Shown here: piece after piece, positions 40,410 to 50,242 of the stretch | Numbering within the stretch: the stretch's first letter is position 1 | Layout: every line of letters begins with the position of its first letter | Source of the DNA: Terracidiphilus sp. | GTDB taxonomy: Bacteria; Acidobacteriota; Terriglobia; Terriglobales; Acidobacteriaceae | Length of the DNA stretch: 64,000 bases | Assembly: GCA_049518955.1 (NCBI GenBank) | Contig: JBEKRG010000003.1 | Location: forward strand, 1,443 to 65,442 | Direction: 5' to 3' | Made by a program: the position numbers and the translations under genes | Notes under the pieces: generated by a model | What the model saw: the letters and a program-made list of their open reading frames with translations, nothing else | Database searches by the model: none | What the model was told of the DNA's origin: nothing

Positions 40410-41410
40410 CGCAGAAAAAGCAGGACAGGTGTCAGCAGGACCAGGTCGGCGCCGGCACGCAGAGCAAGCGGCGTCAAGTGCTTTCGCATCCGGTCAAGCA
40501 GCCCCAGCAGCAGCGCGCTTGCCGTACCCGCCCCGAGCAGCGCGGCCGACCGTGGGTGCGATGCGCTCGCAATCACCGCCAGCAGCAGACCCGCAAATGC
40601 AACCGCAAGAGCTGCGAAGAGATTCGTTCCCTTCCCCATGCGCTCAAGGTGTCGTCGACCCACCCGCTCGAATCGTCCGTGGCCGCCTTCTCCACCAGAT
40701 TCCCACCTGGCGATGCACCAACAATTGAGCCACGCGAGCGCGGCGAAGTAGATAGCAGGAGTCCAGAGCCACAAGCGGGAAGATTCCTGTGCCCCCGGAG
40801 CAAGAAAGCTCGACCATGCAGGCACAATGCAGCCCGCTGTGAACAACACTGCAACCAGCAACTCTTTGCTGACCGGCCTTGGTAGCGAGAGTCGTCTTCG
40901 CCACCGCTGGGGTGCCGCGTGAACGCCCGAAAAGTAAACCAGCGCTGCGGCTCCCAGAACCAAACCTCGCTCGCGCACAAAGGATGCCAGGAATGTCATT
41001 GCCATCACTCCGGCAACGCACCCGCCTGCCGCGGCTAGCGGCGCCAGCAACCTCCGATGCCGCCAATGAAAAAAGTGGCGTTCACGCAGCGCGGACCGAT
41101 TCGACCCCGTCGAGAATTGGAGCCCGGCGCGAGCGTCGAGTACCCTCGCATCGAGAATTCGATCGCAGACATAGGCGCACCAGACCGTCAGCGCTAGAAC
41201 CAGCAATACGCGGCCTGTGAGATGAACCCGGCCAGTCCATGAGAACGCCAGCGACCAGACCACGGCGACGGTGGGAGCATCCAGGCTGGCCAGATGCCAG
41301 AAGGCCACTGGACGCGGAGCATCAGCGAGTCGGCTTGTGTTCGTGCGTCGGTACGCAGTCCAAGCATCAGTCCTGTTCCGAGCCGGCAACTGAGCGAGGG
41401 CAAACGGCAC
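40406..41410 (-). CDS. Polytopic membrane protein, UbiA prenyltransferase-like (start uncertain)
   Basis: FWHLASLDAPTVAVVW, YVCDRILD Asp-rich motif, SKELLVAVLF, about 8 TMs. GTG 41410 chosen because TAAAAT lies 7 nt upstream. Confidence 0.6.
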   Translation of the reverse strand: MPFALAQLPARNRTDAWTAYRRTNTSRLADAPRPVAFWHLASLDAPTVAVVWSLAFSWTGRVHLTGRVLLVLALTVWCAYVCDRILDARVLDARAGLQFSTGSNRSALRERHFFHWRHRRLLAPLAAAGGCVAGVMAMTFLASFVRERGLVLGAAALVYFSGVHAAPQRWRRRLSLPRPVSKELLVAVLFTAGCIVPAWSSFLAPGAQESSRLWLWTPAIYFAALAWLNCWCIARWESGGEGGHGRFERVGRRHLERMGKGTNLFAALAVAFAGLLLAVIASASHPRSAALLGAGTASALLLGLLDRMRKHLTPLALRAGADLVLLTPVLLFLR

Positions 41411-41647
41411 TGCTTCAATTTTAGGAGGGTCGGCAACCCGAGCCTCGTCGAGCAACCCTCGGACCAGCCTTTCGCACCCCAGCCATCCCCCTCGTTCACC
41501 CACTATTCTGCCGGCCAGTTCAGCACTTGGGAAAACAAACGGCAAAGGACCTAAGGTCCTCACGCTCTCGACCCCTTACTAAAGTGAGGGTTAACTAGGT
41601 TTGAATCTTTAGTTTCAACGCTAAGATGTTCCCAGAGGTCTGGTCGT

Positions 41648-43120
41648 ATGATCGAAACCATGAGTCGAGCGGCAATCAGCCGCGACTGGGTTGGGAGTTT
41701 TGCAGCCGGGAGGTTTCCCCTCCTTCAATGGCTTGGCGGCTCTCAAGCGACCGGTGTGTTCCTCAGTGAATGGAGCGAGCATTCGCAAAAAGCCGTCATC
41801 AAACTAATCCCCGAAGATGATCAGGATGCCGCCGCTCGCGCCGCCGCATGGGAAACTGCAGCCAGACTTTCCCATCCGAATCTCATGAAGGTCTATACAC
41901 ACGGCCGCTGCGAAATTGAAGGCGTTCCCTGCATCTACGTCGTCACAGAATATGCCGACGAAGTTCTCGCCGAGATTCTCCGCGAGCGTCCGCTCTCGCC
42001 GGACGAGACTCGCGACATGCTCGGCCCGGCCCTTGCCGCGCTCACTTATTTGCACGCCAAGGGTCTCGTCCACGGCCGTCTCAACCCCTCGAACATCATG
42101 GCAGTCGGCGACAATCTCAAGCTCACCACCTATGGCGTTTGTCCCGTCGGCGCAGCCGTTATATCCAGGCCGACGAGAACCGTCTGCGATGCGCCGGAGA
42201 CCGAAAACGGGTTGATTGTACCTGCCTCGGATATTTGGTCTCTCGGCGCCACTCTTGTTGAAGTCCTTACCAAGTACCCGCCGGATTGGAATCGCGCCAA
42301 AGCCGCCGACCCAACCGTGCCCCAGTCGATGCCCGAGCCTTTCGCTTCCTTCGCGCGGAGGTGCCTGCGCTCCGATCCTGCCCGTCGCATCACCATAAGT
42401 GAAATCACCGCGCGTCTTGAGCCGGCAAAATTATCTCCGGACCCGGTAGCGAAGCCGGCCAAAACTCCGCCTGCGAAACGCCGCATCTCGCTGTGGTTTG
42501 CCCTCACGGCGGTTTTGCTCACTGCGGTGGGAATCTGGCTCTCGCATCGCGAGCCGAATGCGCCCTCCCAGCAAGCTCAAACCGCGCCAACTGCAACGCC
42601 GACTCCATCCCCCACACCGACCCAAGTGCAATCCAACCCGCCTACGACGTCAGAGGAAGCTCCGGCTCCATCCCAGTCAACTGCGCCGGACTCAAATTCT
42701 CCTCCGCCTCAGCTTCAAAAACCTGTAACGGCATCTGCACCTGTCCCGGGCGCCGCACCGTCGCAACAGACACCGACGCAGCCTCAACCCCAACCTCAAG
42801 CCGAACAGACTGCCGCGCCCACCGCGACAACCATAAACCCGGCGATCGTGAACCAGATTCTCCCTGACATTGTGCCCAGCGCGATGAAGACCATCAACGG
42901 AACCCTCAGGGTGTCGGTCCAATTAACGGTCGGCGCAGACGGCAGCGTCACCGGCGCTACGCTCCAATCGACGGGTCCGAGCAAGTATTTTGCCGGTAAA
43001 TCGCTCGAGGCTGCCCGCCACTGGAAGTTCAGGCCTGAGTCGGCGCCCAGCAACTGGACTTTGGAATTTCAATACAGGCAGATTGGAATCCACGTCGTCG
43101 CGGAGCAAACCGCGCTCTAG
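41648..43120 (+). CDS. Ser/Thr kinase-like (pseudokinase) domain, TM, Pro/Thr-rich linker, TonB C-terminal-like domain
   Basis: KAVIKL, HGRLNPSN, SDIWSLG, CLRSDPARR; TM ISLWFALTAVLLTAVGIWL; VSVQLTVGADGSV...YFAGKSLEAARHWKF. Confidence 0.8.
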   Translation: MIETMSRAAISRDWVGSFAAGRFPLLQWLGGSQATGVFLSEWSEHSQKAVIKLIPEDDQDAAARAAAWETAARLSHPNLMKVYTHGRCEIEGVPCIYVVTEYADEVLAEILRERPLSPDETRDMLGPALAALTYLHAKGLVHGRLNPSNIMAVGDNLKLTTYGVCPVGAAVISRPTRTVCDAPETENGLIVPASDIWSLGATLVEVLTKYPPDWNRAKAADPTVPQSMPEPFASFARRCLRSDPARRITISEITARLEPAKLSPDPVAKPAKTPPAKRRISLWFALTAVLLTAVGIWLSHREPNAPSQQAQTAPTATPTPSPTPTQVQSNPPTTSEEAPAPSQSTAPDSNSPPPQLQKPVTASAPVPGAAPSQQTPTQPQPQPQAEQTAAPTATTINPAIVNQILPDIVPSAMKTINGTLRVSVQLTVGADGSVTGATLQSTGPSKYFAGKSLEAARHWKFRPESAPSNWTLEFQYRQIGIHVVAEQTAL

Positions 43121-43135
43121 AGCCTGTTATCAATT

Positions 43136-45283
43136 TCAGTCAGCCGCTGTCTCAGCCTTCGCCGCGGATTTCGCGCGAGGCTTGGTGTCCGTCGCGGGAA
43201 TCGCGTCTAAATCCGTCTTTCCTTCTGCCAGTTGCATCAGGAATATCTGCGCCGAGAAGGGCTGGGCGTCCTTCAACAGCTTGCTGGCTCGCACGTAGAT
43301 GCCGTCGGACTGCTGGATCCGCGCTTTTACGGTATCGGCCATGTAGGCCGGCAGAATTTCCCCGTGGATGCGCGCCAGCACCGCTGGATCGCGGACCGGG
43401 AACACCACCTCGCAGCGCTCGAACAAATTGCGCGGCATCCAATCGGCCGAGCCGATGTAGATTTCGTCGCTGCCGCCGTTCGCAAAGTGATAGATGCGTG
43501 AGTGCTCCAGGAATCGGCCGACGATCGACCGCACGCGGATCCGTTCCGACAGGCCTTTAACGCCCGGCCGCAGAATTGACAGCCCGCGAATAATCAGATC
43601 GATCTCCACGCCGGCTTGCGATGCCTGGTAGAGCGCCTGGATAATCGAGGGCTCGAGCAACGCGTTCATCTTGGCCACAATGTGCGCTGGCCGCCCCGCC
43701 TGCGCGTGCTCCTGTTCGCGTCGGATGAGTCGCAGGAAACTTTCCGCCATTGTCAGAGGCGCCACCAGCAGCGGGCTATAGTCGTCCACCTCGGCGTGAG
43801 CGGTCAGGTAGTTGAACACCATGTGCACACGCTCGCCAATCTGCGGGTCACTGGTCAACAGGCTCAAGTCGGTGTAGAAACGCGCGGTATCGGGGTTGTA
43901 ATTGCCCGTGCCCAGGTGGCAGTAACGGCGTGTCGCGCCGTCCTCGTCGTGGCGCACCAGCATCGCCAGCTTGCAGTGCGTCTTCAGGCCTACTACACCG
44001 TGAAAGACTTGCACGCCCGCGTCTTCCATGCTGCGTGCCCAGCGTATGTTCGAGGCCTCGTCGAAACGCGCCATCAGCTCCACCACTACCGTGGCTTCCT
44101 TGCTCGCGCCAGCCTCAGTCAGCGCCTGGAACATCGGCGAATCGTGGCTGGTGCGGTAGAGCGTCTGCTTCATCGTCACCACGGCAGGGTCCTGCGCGCC
44201 CTGCTGGATGAAGTCAACGATCGGATCGTAAGAATCGTAGGGATGATGCAGCAAAATATCGCGATGCCGCAGCTCGTCGAAGAGTCCGGTTGACTTGCGG
44301 CTCAACAGCAGCGCCTTTGGCGTGAACGGCTGAAACTTCAGGTCGGGCCGCTGCACATCGCCGTAAAAGAACATCAGGCGCGACAGATTAACTGGACCTT
44401 CGCAGCGAAACACCTGGTCCTCTTCCAGCTCGAAGTTCACGCGCAGCCGCTCGACGATCTCTGAATCGGCGTCGCTTTCGATCTCCAGCCGCACCGCATC
44501 GCCCTTGCGTCGGTTGTGCAGTTCCACGCGGATGGTTTCGAGAAGTGATCGCGCTTCTTCCTCTTCGAAGTAGAGGTTCGAGTTGCGCGTCACGCGGAAC
44601 GCCGCGGATGCCAGGACTTCGTACCCGCGGTACATGCCGCCAAGATGCTGTTCGATCAGGTCCTGCAACAGCAGATAGTCGTAGTGGTCATGGTCCCCGG
44701 GCAGGCGGACAAAACGTGCCAGGGCGCGCGGCACCGTCACCACTCCCAGCACTTGCGGCCCGGAGCTGCGCCGTTTTGCGCGTAGCAGCAGCGCCAGGCA
44801 TAGCGCCTTGTTCAGCACGCGGGGAAACGGGTGCGCAGGGTCGATCGAAATCGGCGTCAGCAACGGATCGACTTCGCGTTGGAAGTATCCGCGCGCAAAT
44901 TCCCGTGCGTGCTCGCTGAGCTCGTCCCAGGCGAGCAGACGGATCTTCTGCTTGCGCAACTCCGGCAAGAGCTGCTTGTTCCAGCAGTGGTATTGCGCGG
45001 CCACAAAGCTGTGAATCTCGGTGGTGAGAACTTCAAGCGACTGTTCGGGCCGCAGGCCGTCGTAGCCCGGCTCGCGGTAGCCGTCTTCGATGCGCTGCAT
45101 CAAGCCGGCCTGCCGAACTTCGACGTATTCGTCGAGATTCGACCCTGTAATGGCCAGGAACTTCACGCGCTCCAGCAACGGGTTGGCCGCGTCTTCCGCC
45201 TCCTCCAGGACACGCCGATTGAACTGCATCCAGGAGTGGTCCCGCCCGTTGAAAAGCTTGATTTTTGGTGTACTTCTGGCCAT
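43136..45283 (-). CDS. ppk1: Polyphosphate kinase 1
   Basis: FNRRVLEEA, HPFP, LLHHPYDSY, ARFDE, KTHCK, HLGTGNYN, GRFLEHSR, SADWMPRN. Confidence 0.97.
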   Translation of the reverse strand: MARSTPKIKLFNGRDHSWMQFNRRVLEEAEDAANPLLERVKFLAITGSNLDEYVEVRQAGLMQRIEDGYREPGYDGLRPEQSLEVLTTEIHSFVAAQYHCWNKQLLPELRKQKIRLLAWDELSEHAREFARGYFQREVDPLLTPISIDPAHPFPRVLNKALCLALLLRAKRRSSGPQVLGVVTVPRALARFVRLPGDHDHYDYLLLQDLIEQHLGGMYRGYEVLASAAFRVTRNSNLYFEEEEARSLLETIRVELHNRRKGDAVRLEIESDADSEIVERLRVNFELEEDQVFRCEGPVNLSRLMFFYGDVQRPDLKFQPFTPKALLLSRKSTGLFDELRHRDILLHHPYDSYDPIVDFIQQGAQDPAVVTMKQTLYRTSHDSPMFQALTEAGASKEATVVVELMARFDEASNIRWARSMEDAGVQVFHGVVGLKTHCKLAMLVRHDEDGATRRYCHLGTGNYNPDTARFYTDLSLLTSDPQIGERVHMVFNYLTAHAEVDDYSPLLVAPLTMAESFLRLIRREQEHAQAGRPAHIVAKMNALLEPSIIQALYQASQAGVEIDLIIRGLSILRPGVKGLSERIRVRSIVGRFLEHSRIYHFANGGSDEIYIGSADWMPRNLFERCEVVFPVRDPAVLARIHGEILPAYMADTVKARIQQSDGIYVRASKLLKDAQPFSAQIFLMQLAEGKTDLDAIPATDTKPRAKSAAKAETAAD

Positions 45284-45597
45284 TTTCCGGTCCGATTTGC
45301 CGTGTCCTGAAGTCTACCGCGTTTCACCGCGCGACGTCAGTCGAGCCCCGCCTCCTGCGCATGGGGACTCTTTCCGATGTTCCATCTTGAGTCGCGCGAA
45401 GGCATAGCTCAACCTGAGGTCCACGAGCCCCACAAAGCCATCCATACAGGACGCAACCCCTCGGCGTCGTTAAACAGAGAAGAAAAGCACTGGGAGTGCC
45501 GGAAACGGGCGACCGCCAAGGCCCCTCATCGATCCCTTCCAACCACTGCTTGATTAAAATGGTCTGACCGCCTTGGTCCGTCCGTCGAGGCTAGCTC

Positions 45598-47291
45598 ATG
45601 AATCCCGTCAATCGCCGCACCGTCTTGAGTTCCGCCGGATCCGCAGTAGTCGCCGCCGCTGCGGGTCGCCACCTGTCTGCTCTGGCCGGCCTGCTCACGC
45701 CGCAGGAAGTCGCGGCGAATTCAACTCCCGTCGCCAAGACGCGCTACGGCCTCATCGGCGGCACTCTCGAAGACGGCATCAAAGTTTTCCGCAGCGTCCC
45801 TTACGGCGCAAACACTGCTCCCGTCCGTTTTCAGGCGCCCTTACCTCCCACTCCCTGGACCGGCGTCAAAGCTTGCGAGGCCTTCACCACGCGCGCTCCG
45901 CAACTCACAGTACTGCGCGGCCTCGAAGCGATCGGCTCCGCGCCGAGTCTTGGTTCGGCGGGATCCGCCATCGCCGGCGCTCCGTCGCGAGTCGCCCCAG
46001 AAAGCGGCGTGCAAAGCGAGGATTGCCTCCATCTCAACGTCTTCACTCCTGCGTTGCGCGATCATCGCAAGCGCCCGGTGCTCGTCTACTTTCACGGCGG
46101 CGCGTACAACAATGGCTCCGTCAACAGCGCGCTCTATGACGGCAAGCGTTTATGCCATCGCGGCGACGTTGTCGTCGTCACCGTCAACCACCGCCTCAAT
46201 GCCTTCGGTTTTCTCTATCTCGGCGCCATCGATCCCAAACAATTTCCCGACTCCGGCAATGTCGGTATGCTCGACCTCGTGCTCGCCCTCAAGTGGGTCC
46301 GCGAAAACATCACCGAGTTTGGCGGCGACGCGTCTCGCGTCTTGATTTTTGGACAATCCGGTGGCGGTGCAAAGTGCGCGACGCTCATGGCCATGCCTTC
46401 CGCGCACGGCCTTTTCCATCGCGTCATGACCATGAGCGGCCAGCAGGTCAAAGGCGCGTCGATCAGCATCGCCTCCAGGCGCACCGAGCTGATCCTCGGC
46501 AAACTCGCCATCACTCCGGCCAATCTTGCCGACCTAAAAACCATGTCGTGGGAGAAGATCAGGCCGCTGCCGCGGCAATCAGCTCCGACTGGCTCCCCGT
46601 CGTAGATGGCGTCGTCCTTTCGCGCGATCCGTTTACCCCCGATGCGCCGCCGCTCTCTGCCGCAGTGCCCATGATTCTCGGCAACACGCACGACGAAACA
46701 GCCGTCCCCGTTCGCGGCACGCTCACCTGGGACGATGCGCCCGCGGCGCTTCGCAACGGAGTCGCCATTTATCTTGGGCCCTACTCCGCTGAAGAAGTCA
46801 TCGCCAAATACCGCACCATCTATCCCGATAGATCGCCGATCGATGTCGTGATCGCGGCCGCTACGGCCTTCCGCGCGTGGCCCGGCCAGGTGCTTGAGGC
46901 CGATCGCCGCGTCGCCGATCCCGTCAGCCAGCCTCACACCTGGGTCTATCAAATGAACTGGCATCGCGACGCTCCTGGCGCGCGTGCCGTCCACACCATC
47001 GACATTCCCTTCATGTTCGACAATCTTTCTGCTGCACCCGGCCAGATCGGCTCTTCGCCTGAAGACCTCGCCGCCGCACAGCCCCTCGCTGACATCATGT
47101 CTGGAATGTTGATTCACTACGCCGCCACCGGCAATCCCAATCATCCCGGTCTTCCGCTATGGCCGGACTACGACCTCAATGCGCGCAACACGATGATCTG
47201 GGACCGCTCGCCCCACATTGAACAAGACCCGCGCGGCCAGGAGCGCCGCTACGCCGCCGCGTCGCCCTACCGCCAGCCGGGAACATATTGA
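45598..47291 (+). pseudogene. Tat-type type-B carboxylesterase split by a 1-nt frameshift at about 46560 (pseudogene or sequencing error)
   Basis: Frame 1 (45598-46605) has NRRTVL, SEDCLHLN and GQSGGG. Frame 2 (from 46560) continues QAAAAAISSDWLPVVDG...DETA...VHTIDIPF to the stop at 47291. Adding one C (AAG ATC CAG) gives a single 564-aa ORF. Confidence 0.8.
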
Positions 47292-47481
47292 ACCCGGCTG
47301 GCCACGTCGCTCGCAGTAGATCCGTCCCAACTCACCCGCGAGCACGCCACCTAAAGCCCGCATTCGATACACTAGATTTAAGAACCGCGCTGGCCTTCAG
47401 CCGCATCCATTTGTTGTAGGATGGCCATTTTCAGGCGCACACATCCGCCGCTCTGAAGCCCGTTGCCGAGCAAGGTCCAAA

Positions 47482-48918
47482 TTGCCAAAGAAATCCATCA
47501 AAACCCTAATCCGTTTCTGTGCCGCGGCCGTTTTGGTCGGCGCTTGTCTTTCAGGCCCGGGCGCGATCGCACAGTCGTCGGTCATTCCGCCGCCGACTCT
47601 GCCTTCGCCGCCGACGGCGACGGATTTTCAGGGCAGCGTGAGCAAGGGCAACGCGTCCGCGCAACCCATCGATCTCTCGCTTGACGATGCCATTCAGCGC
47701 GGCTTGCAGACAAATCTGGGAATGATTCTCAGCGCCACGCAAACGGCGGGAGCCCGCGCCGCGCGTTTGAGCCAGTTGCAATCGCTGCTTCCGGGCATCG
47801 ACTTCACCGCCAAGGAAACAGCATCACAAGTCGATCTTCCTGCCGAAGGCCTTCGCATCCCGGGCTTCCCCAAGATCATCGGGCCGTTCGGCTATACCGA
47901 CGTACGCGCCTCGCTCAGTTGGTCCGTGGTCGATCTACAGTCGCTGCACAACTACCTCGCTGCCCGGCACAACTTTGCCGCTGCGCAGTTATCGGCCGAA
48001 GACGCGCGCGATATGGTCATGTTGACCGTTGGCAATGCGTATCTGCTTGTGCTCGCCGACCAGACCAACGTCAGCAGCGTTCAAGCGCAGGTTTCCACTG
48101 CAAAAGTCTCGCTCGATCAGGCCGCAGACAATCACCAGGAAGGAACGGCGCCGCTCCTCGATGAGCTGCGTGCCCGCGTCGATTACCAATCTCTCGAGCA
48201 GCAGTTGATCGCCACGCAGGACTCGCTCGAAAAAGACAAGCTCGCGCTCGCGCGCACCATCGGTCTGCCTCTGGCGCAGAGTTTCAACTTGACCGACACT
48301 GCGCCCTACGCCCCGTTCGATCAGCTCGATGCCGGCGCACTCATCCAGCAGGCAAAGGCAAACCGCAAGGATCTGGCCGCGCTCGTTGAAGAAACTGCGG
48401 CCGCGGCTGACCAGCGCAAAGCAGCCACCGCCGCGCGTTTTCCGGTTGTCGCCGCCGACGCCGACTACGGTGACATCGGCACCACGCTTGCCCACTCGCA
48501 CGGCACTGTGGATGCGACCGCCTCGCTGAGCGTTCCTCTATTTGAGGAATTTGCCCTGCGCGGCCAGACCCAGCAGGCGCAGGCACAACTCGATACAGCG
48601 AAAGCCGAGTTGAGCGACAAAAATGCCCAGGTTGAAGCTGACGTTCGCGATGCGCTTCTTGACATTGCATCGGCACAGCAGCAAGTCGAAGTCGCACGGT
48701 CCAGCGTGGACCTCGCCGGCGAAGCTCTCAAGGAAGCGCAGGAGCGCTACGCCAACGGCGTCAGCGACAACCTCGCGGTTAGCCAGGCGCAGCAATCCGT
48801 CGCCCAGGCTGATAGTCAATATGTGGTCAGCCTCTACCGCGATAATGTTGCCAAGCTCAGCCTGGCCCGCGCGCTCGGAGACGGCCAGAATTACCAGAAG
48901 TATCTAGGAGGGAAGTGA
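47482..48918 (+). CDS. TolC-family outer membrane efflux protein
   Basis: Signal peptide, LSLDDAIQRGL, two OEP repeats, ERYANGVSDNLAV. Confidence 0.9.
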   Translation: MPKKSIKTLIRFCAAAVLVGACLSGPGAIAQSSVIPPPTLPSPPTATDFQGSVSKGNASAQPIDLSLDDAIQRGLQTNLGMILSATQTAGARAARLSQLQSLLPGIDFTAKETASQVDLPAEGLRIPGFPKIIGPFGYTDVRASLSWSVVDLQSLHNYLAARHNFAAAQLSAEDARDMVMLTVGNAYLLVLADQTNVSSVQAQVSTAKVSLDQAADNHQEGTAPLLDELRARVDYQSLEQQLIATQDSLEKDKLALARTIGLPLAQSFNLTDTAPYAPFDQLDAGALIQQAKANRKDLAALVEETAAAADQRKAATAARFPVVAADADYGDIGTTLAHSHGTVDATASLSVPLFEEFALRGQTQQAQAQLDTAKAELSDKNAQVEADVRDALLDIASAQQQVEVARSSVDLAGEALKEAQERYANGVSDNLAVSQAQQSVAQADSQYVVSLYRDNVAKLSLARALGDGQNYQKYLGGK

Positions 48919-50150
48919 ACGTGCCCGACCCAACCCCAACACCTGACCCGAACTCGTCGGCAGCGGAGACTGAGATTGAAGCGCCGCGCTCCCGCCGCAG
49001 GGGCATCATCATTGTCGGCATCGCGGTGGTGGTCGTCGTTGCCCTAGCCATTTGGTGGCACTCCACCTTCAGTGAGGATACTGACGATGCGCAGGTCAAC
49101 GGCCACCTCATCCAGGTCAGCGCCCGCGTTGGCGGCCAGGTCCTCAAGGTCGATGTGGAAGAGAACCAGACCGTGAAGGCTGGCGATCCCATCGTCGAGC
49201 TTGACCCGAGCGACTATCAAGTTGCCGTCGAGAACGCTGAGGCAGCGCTGGCCAGCGCCAAAGCCAATGCCGCCGTTGCTAGCGTCAATGTGCCCATCAC
49301 CACGGTGAATACAGGATCCAATTTGAGCTCGGCAGGCCACGATGTCAGCGGCACGCAGGCAGCAGTGGCGCAGGCTGAGAGGCAACTCGAGGCGGCGCAC
49401 GCCATGGTAGCCCAGGCTGCGGCCAACAACACCAAGGCGCAGTCCGACCTTGAGCGCTACAAACCGCTCGTCGAGAAAGACGTGATCAGCAAGCAGCAAT
49501 TCGACGCCGCTGTTGCCGCCGCCGATGCCGCTAAAGCCGCACTGGCCGACGCGCTCGCCAATGAGCAAGCCGCCGCAGACGGCGTGCGCGTTGCCCACGA
49601 GCGGGAATTGCAGGCACAGGCGCAACTGAAGTATGCCGAGACCGGACCGCAGCAGGTCGCCGCTCAGGATGCGAAAGCCAGGCAGGCCGAGGCCCAGGTC
49701 CAGCAGGCTCAGGCGCAGCTCGATCAGGCCAAACTCAATTTGAGTTACTGCAAGATCGTCGCTCCCGCCGACGGCATCATCACCCGCAAGAGCGTCGAAA
49801 TCGACCAGAATGTCTCCCCCGGCCAGAACCTACTCACCCTGGTCTCGCTTCAGGACATCTGGATCACCGCCAACTTCAAGGAGACGCAGCTCAAGCACAT
49901 GGCGGCTGGCCAGGCGGTCAAAATCCATGTCGACGCCACCGGCAAGGACTATAGCGGCCGCGTCACGCAGATCGGCGGAGCCACCGGCTCGGTCCTTTCG
50001 CTCTTCCCGCCGGAGAACGCTACCGGCAACTACGTCAAAGTCGTCCAGCGTCTTCCCGTGCGTATCGACTTCACCGATCTGGCCCACGAGGACCCGAACC
50101 ACCAACTTCGGCCCGGCCTCTCCGTCGAGCCTAACGTCCGCGTGAAATAG
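48915..50150 (+). CDS. HlyD/EmrA-family membrane fusion protein
   Basis: TDDAQVNGH, long Ala/Gln coiled coil, ANFKETQL, FPPENATGNYVKVVQRLPVRI; GTGA overlap with the TolC-family gene. Confidence 0.93.
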   Translation: MNVPDPTPTPDPNSSAAETEIEAPRSRRRGIIIVGIAVVVVVALAIWWHSTFSEDTDDAQVNGHLIQVSARVGGQVLKVDVEENQTVKAGDPIVELDPSDYQVAVENAEAALASAKANAAVASVNVPITTVNTGSNLSSAGHDVSGTQAAVAQAERQLEAAHAMVAQAAANNTKAQSDLERYKPLVEKDVISKQQFDAAVAAADAAKAALADALANEQAAADGVRVAHERELQAQAQLKYAETGPQQVAAQDAKARQAEAQVQQAQAQLDQAKLNLSYCKIVAPADGIITRKSVEIDQNVSPGQNLLTLVSLQDIWITANFKETQLKHMAAGQAVKIHVDATGKDYSGRVTQIGGATGSVLSLFPPENATGNYVKVVQRLPVRIDFTDLAHEDPNHQLRPGLSVEPNVRVK

Positions 50151-50242
50151 GGCGGGCAAACAAACGGAGGGACCAGGGGCCTTCAGGCCCGGAGATCCCG
50201 CGCGCAGCTTTGCGTCGAGGGCACTGTATAGAATGAACTGCC

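Noticed and set aside
42560-42830. Repetitive ACx/CCx-rich DNA in the kinase-TonB gene
   Set aside because: Encodes an ordinary Pro/Thr/Gln-rich periplasmic linker, not a tandem DNA repeat.
46530-46565. Programmed -1 frameshift in the esterase
   Set aside because: CTA AAA ACC is not an X XXY YYZ site, and protein sense favours a one-base loss at 46560.
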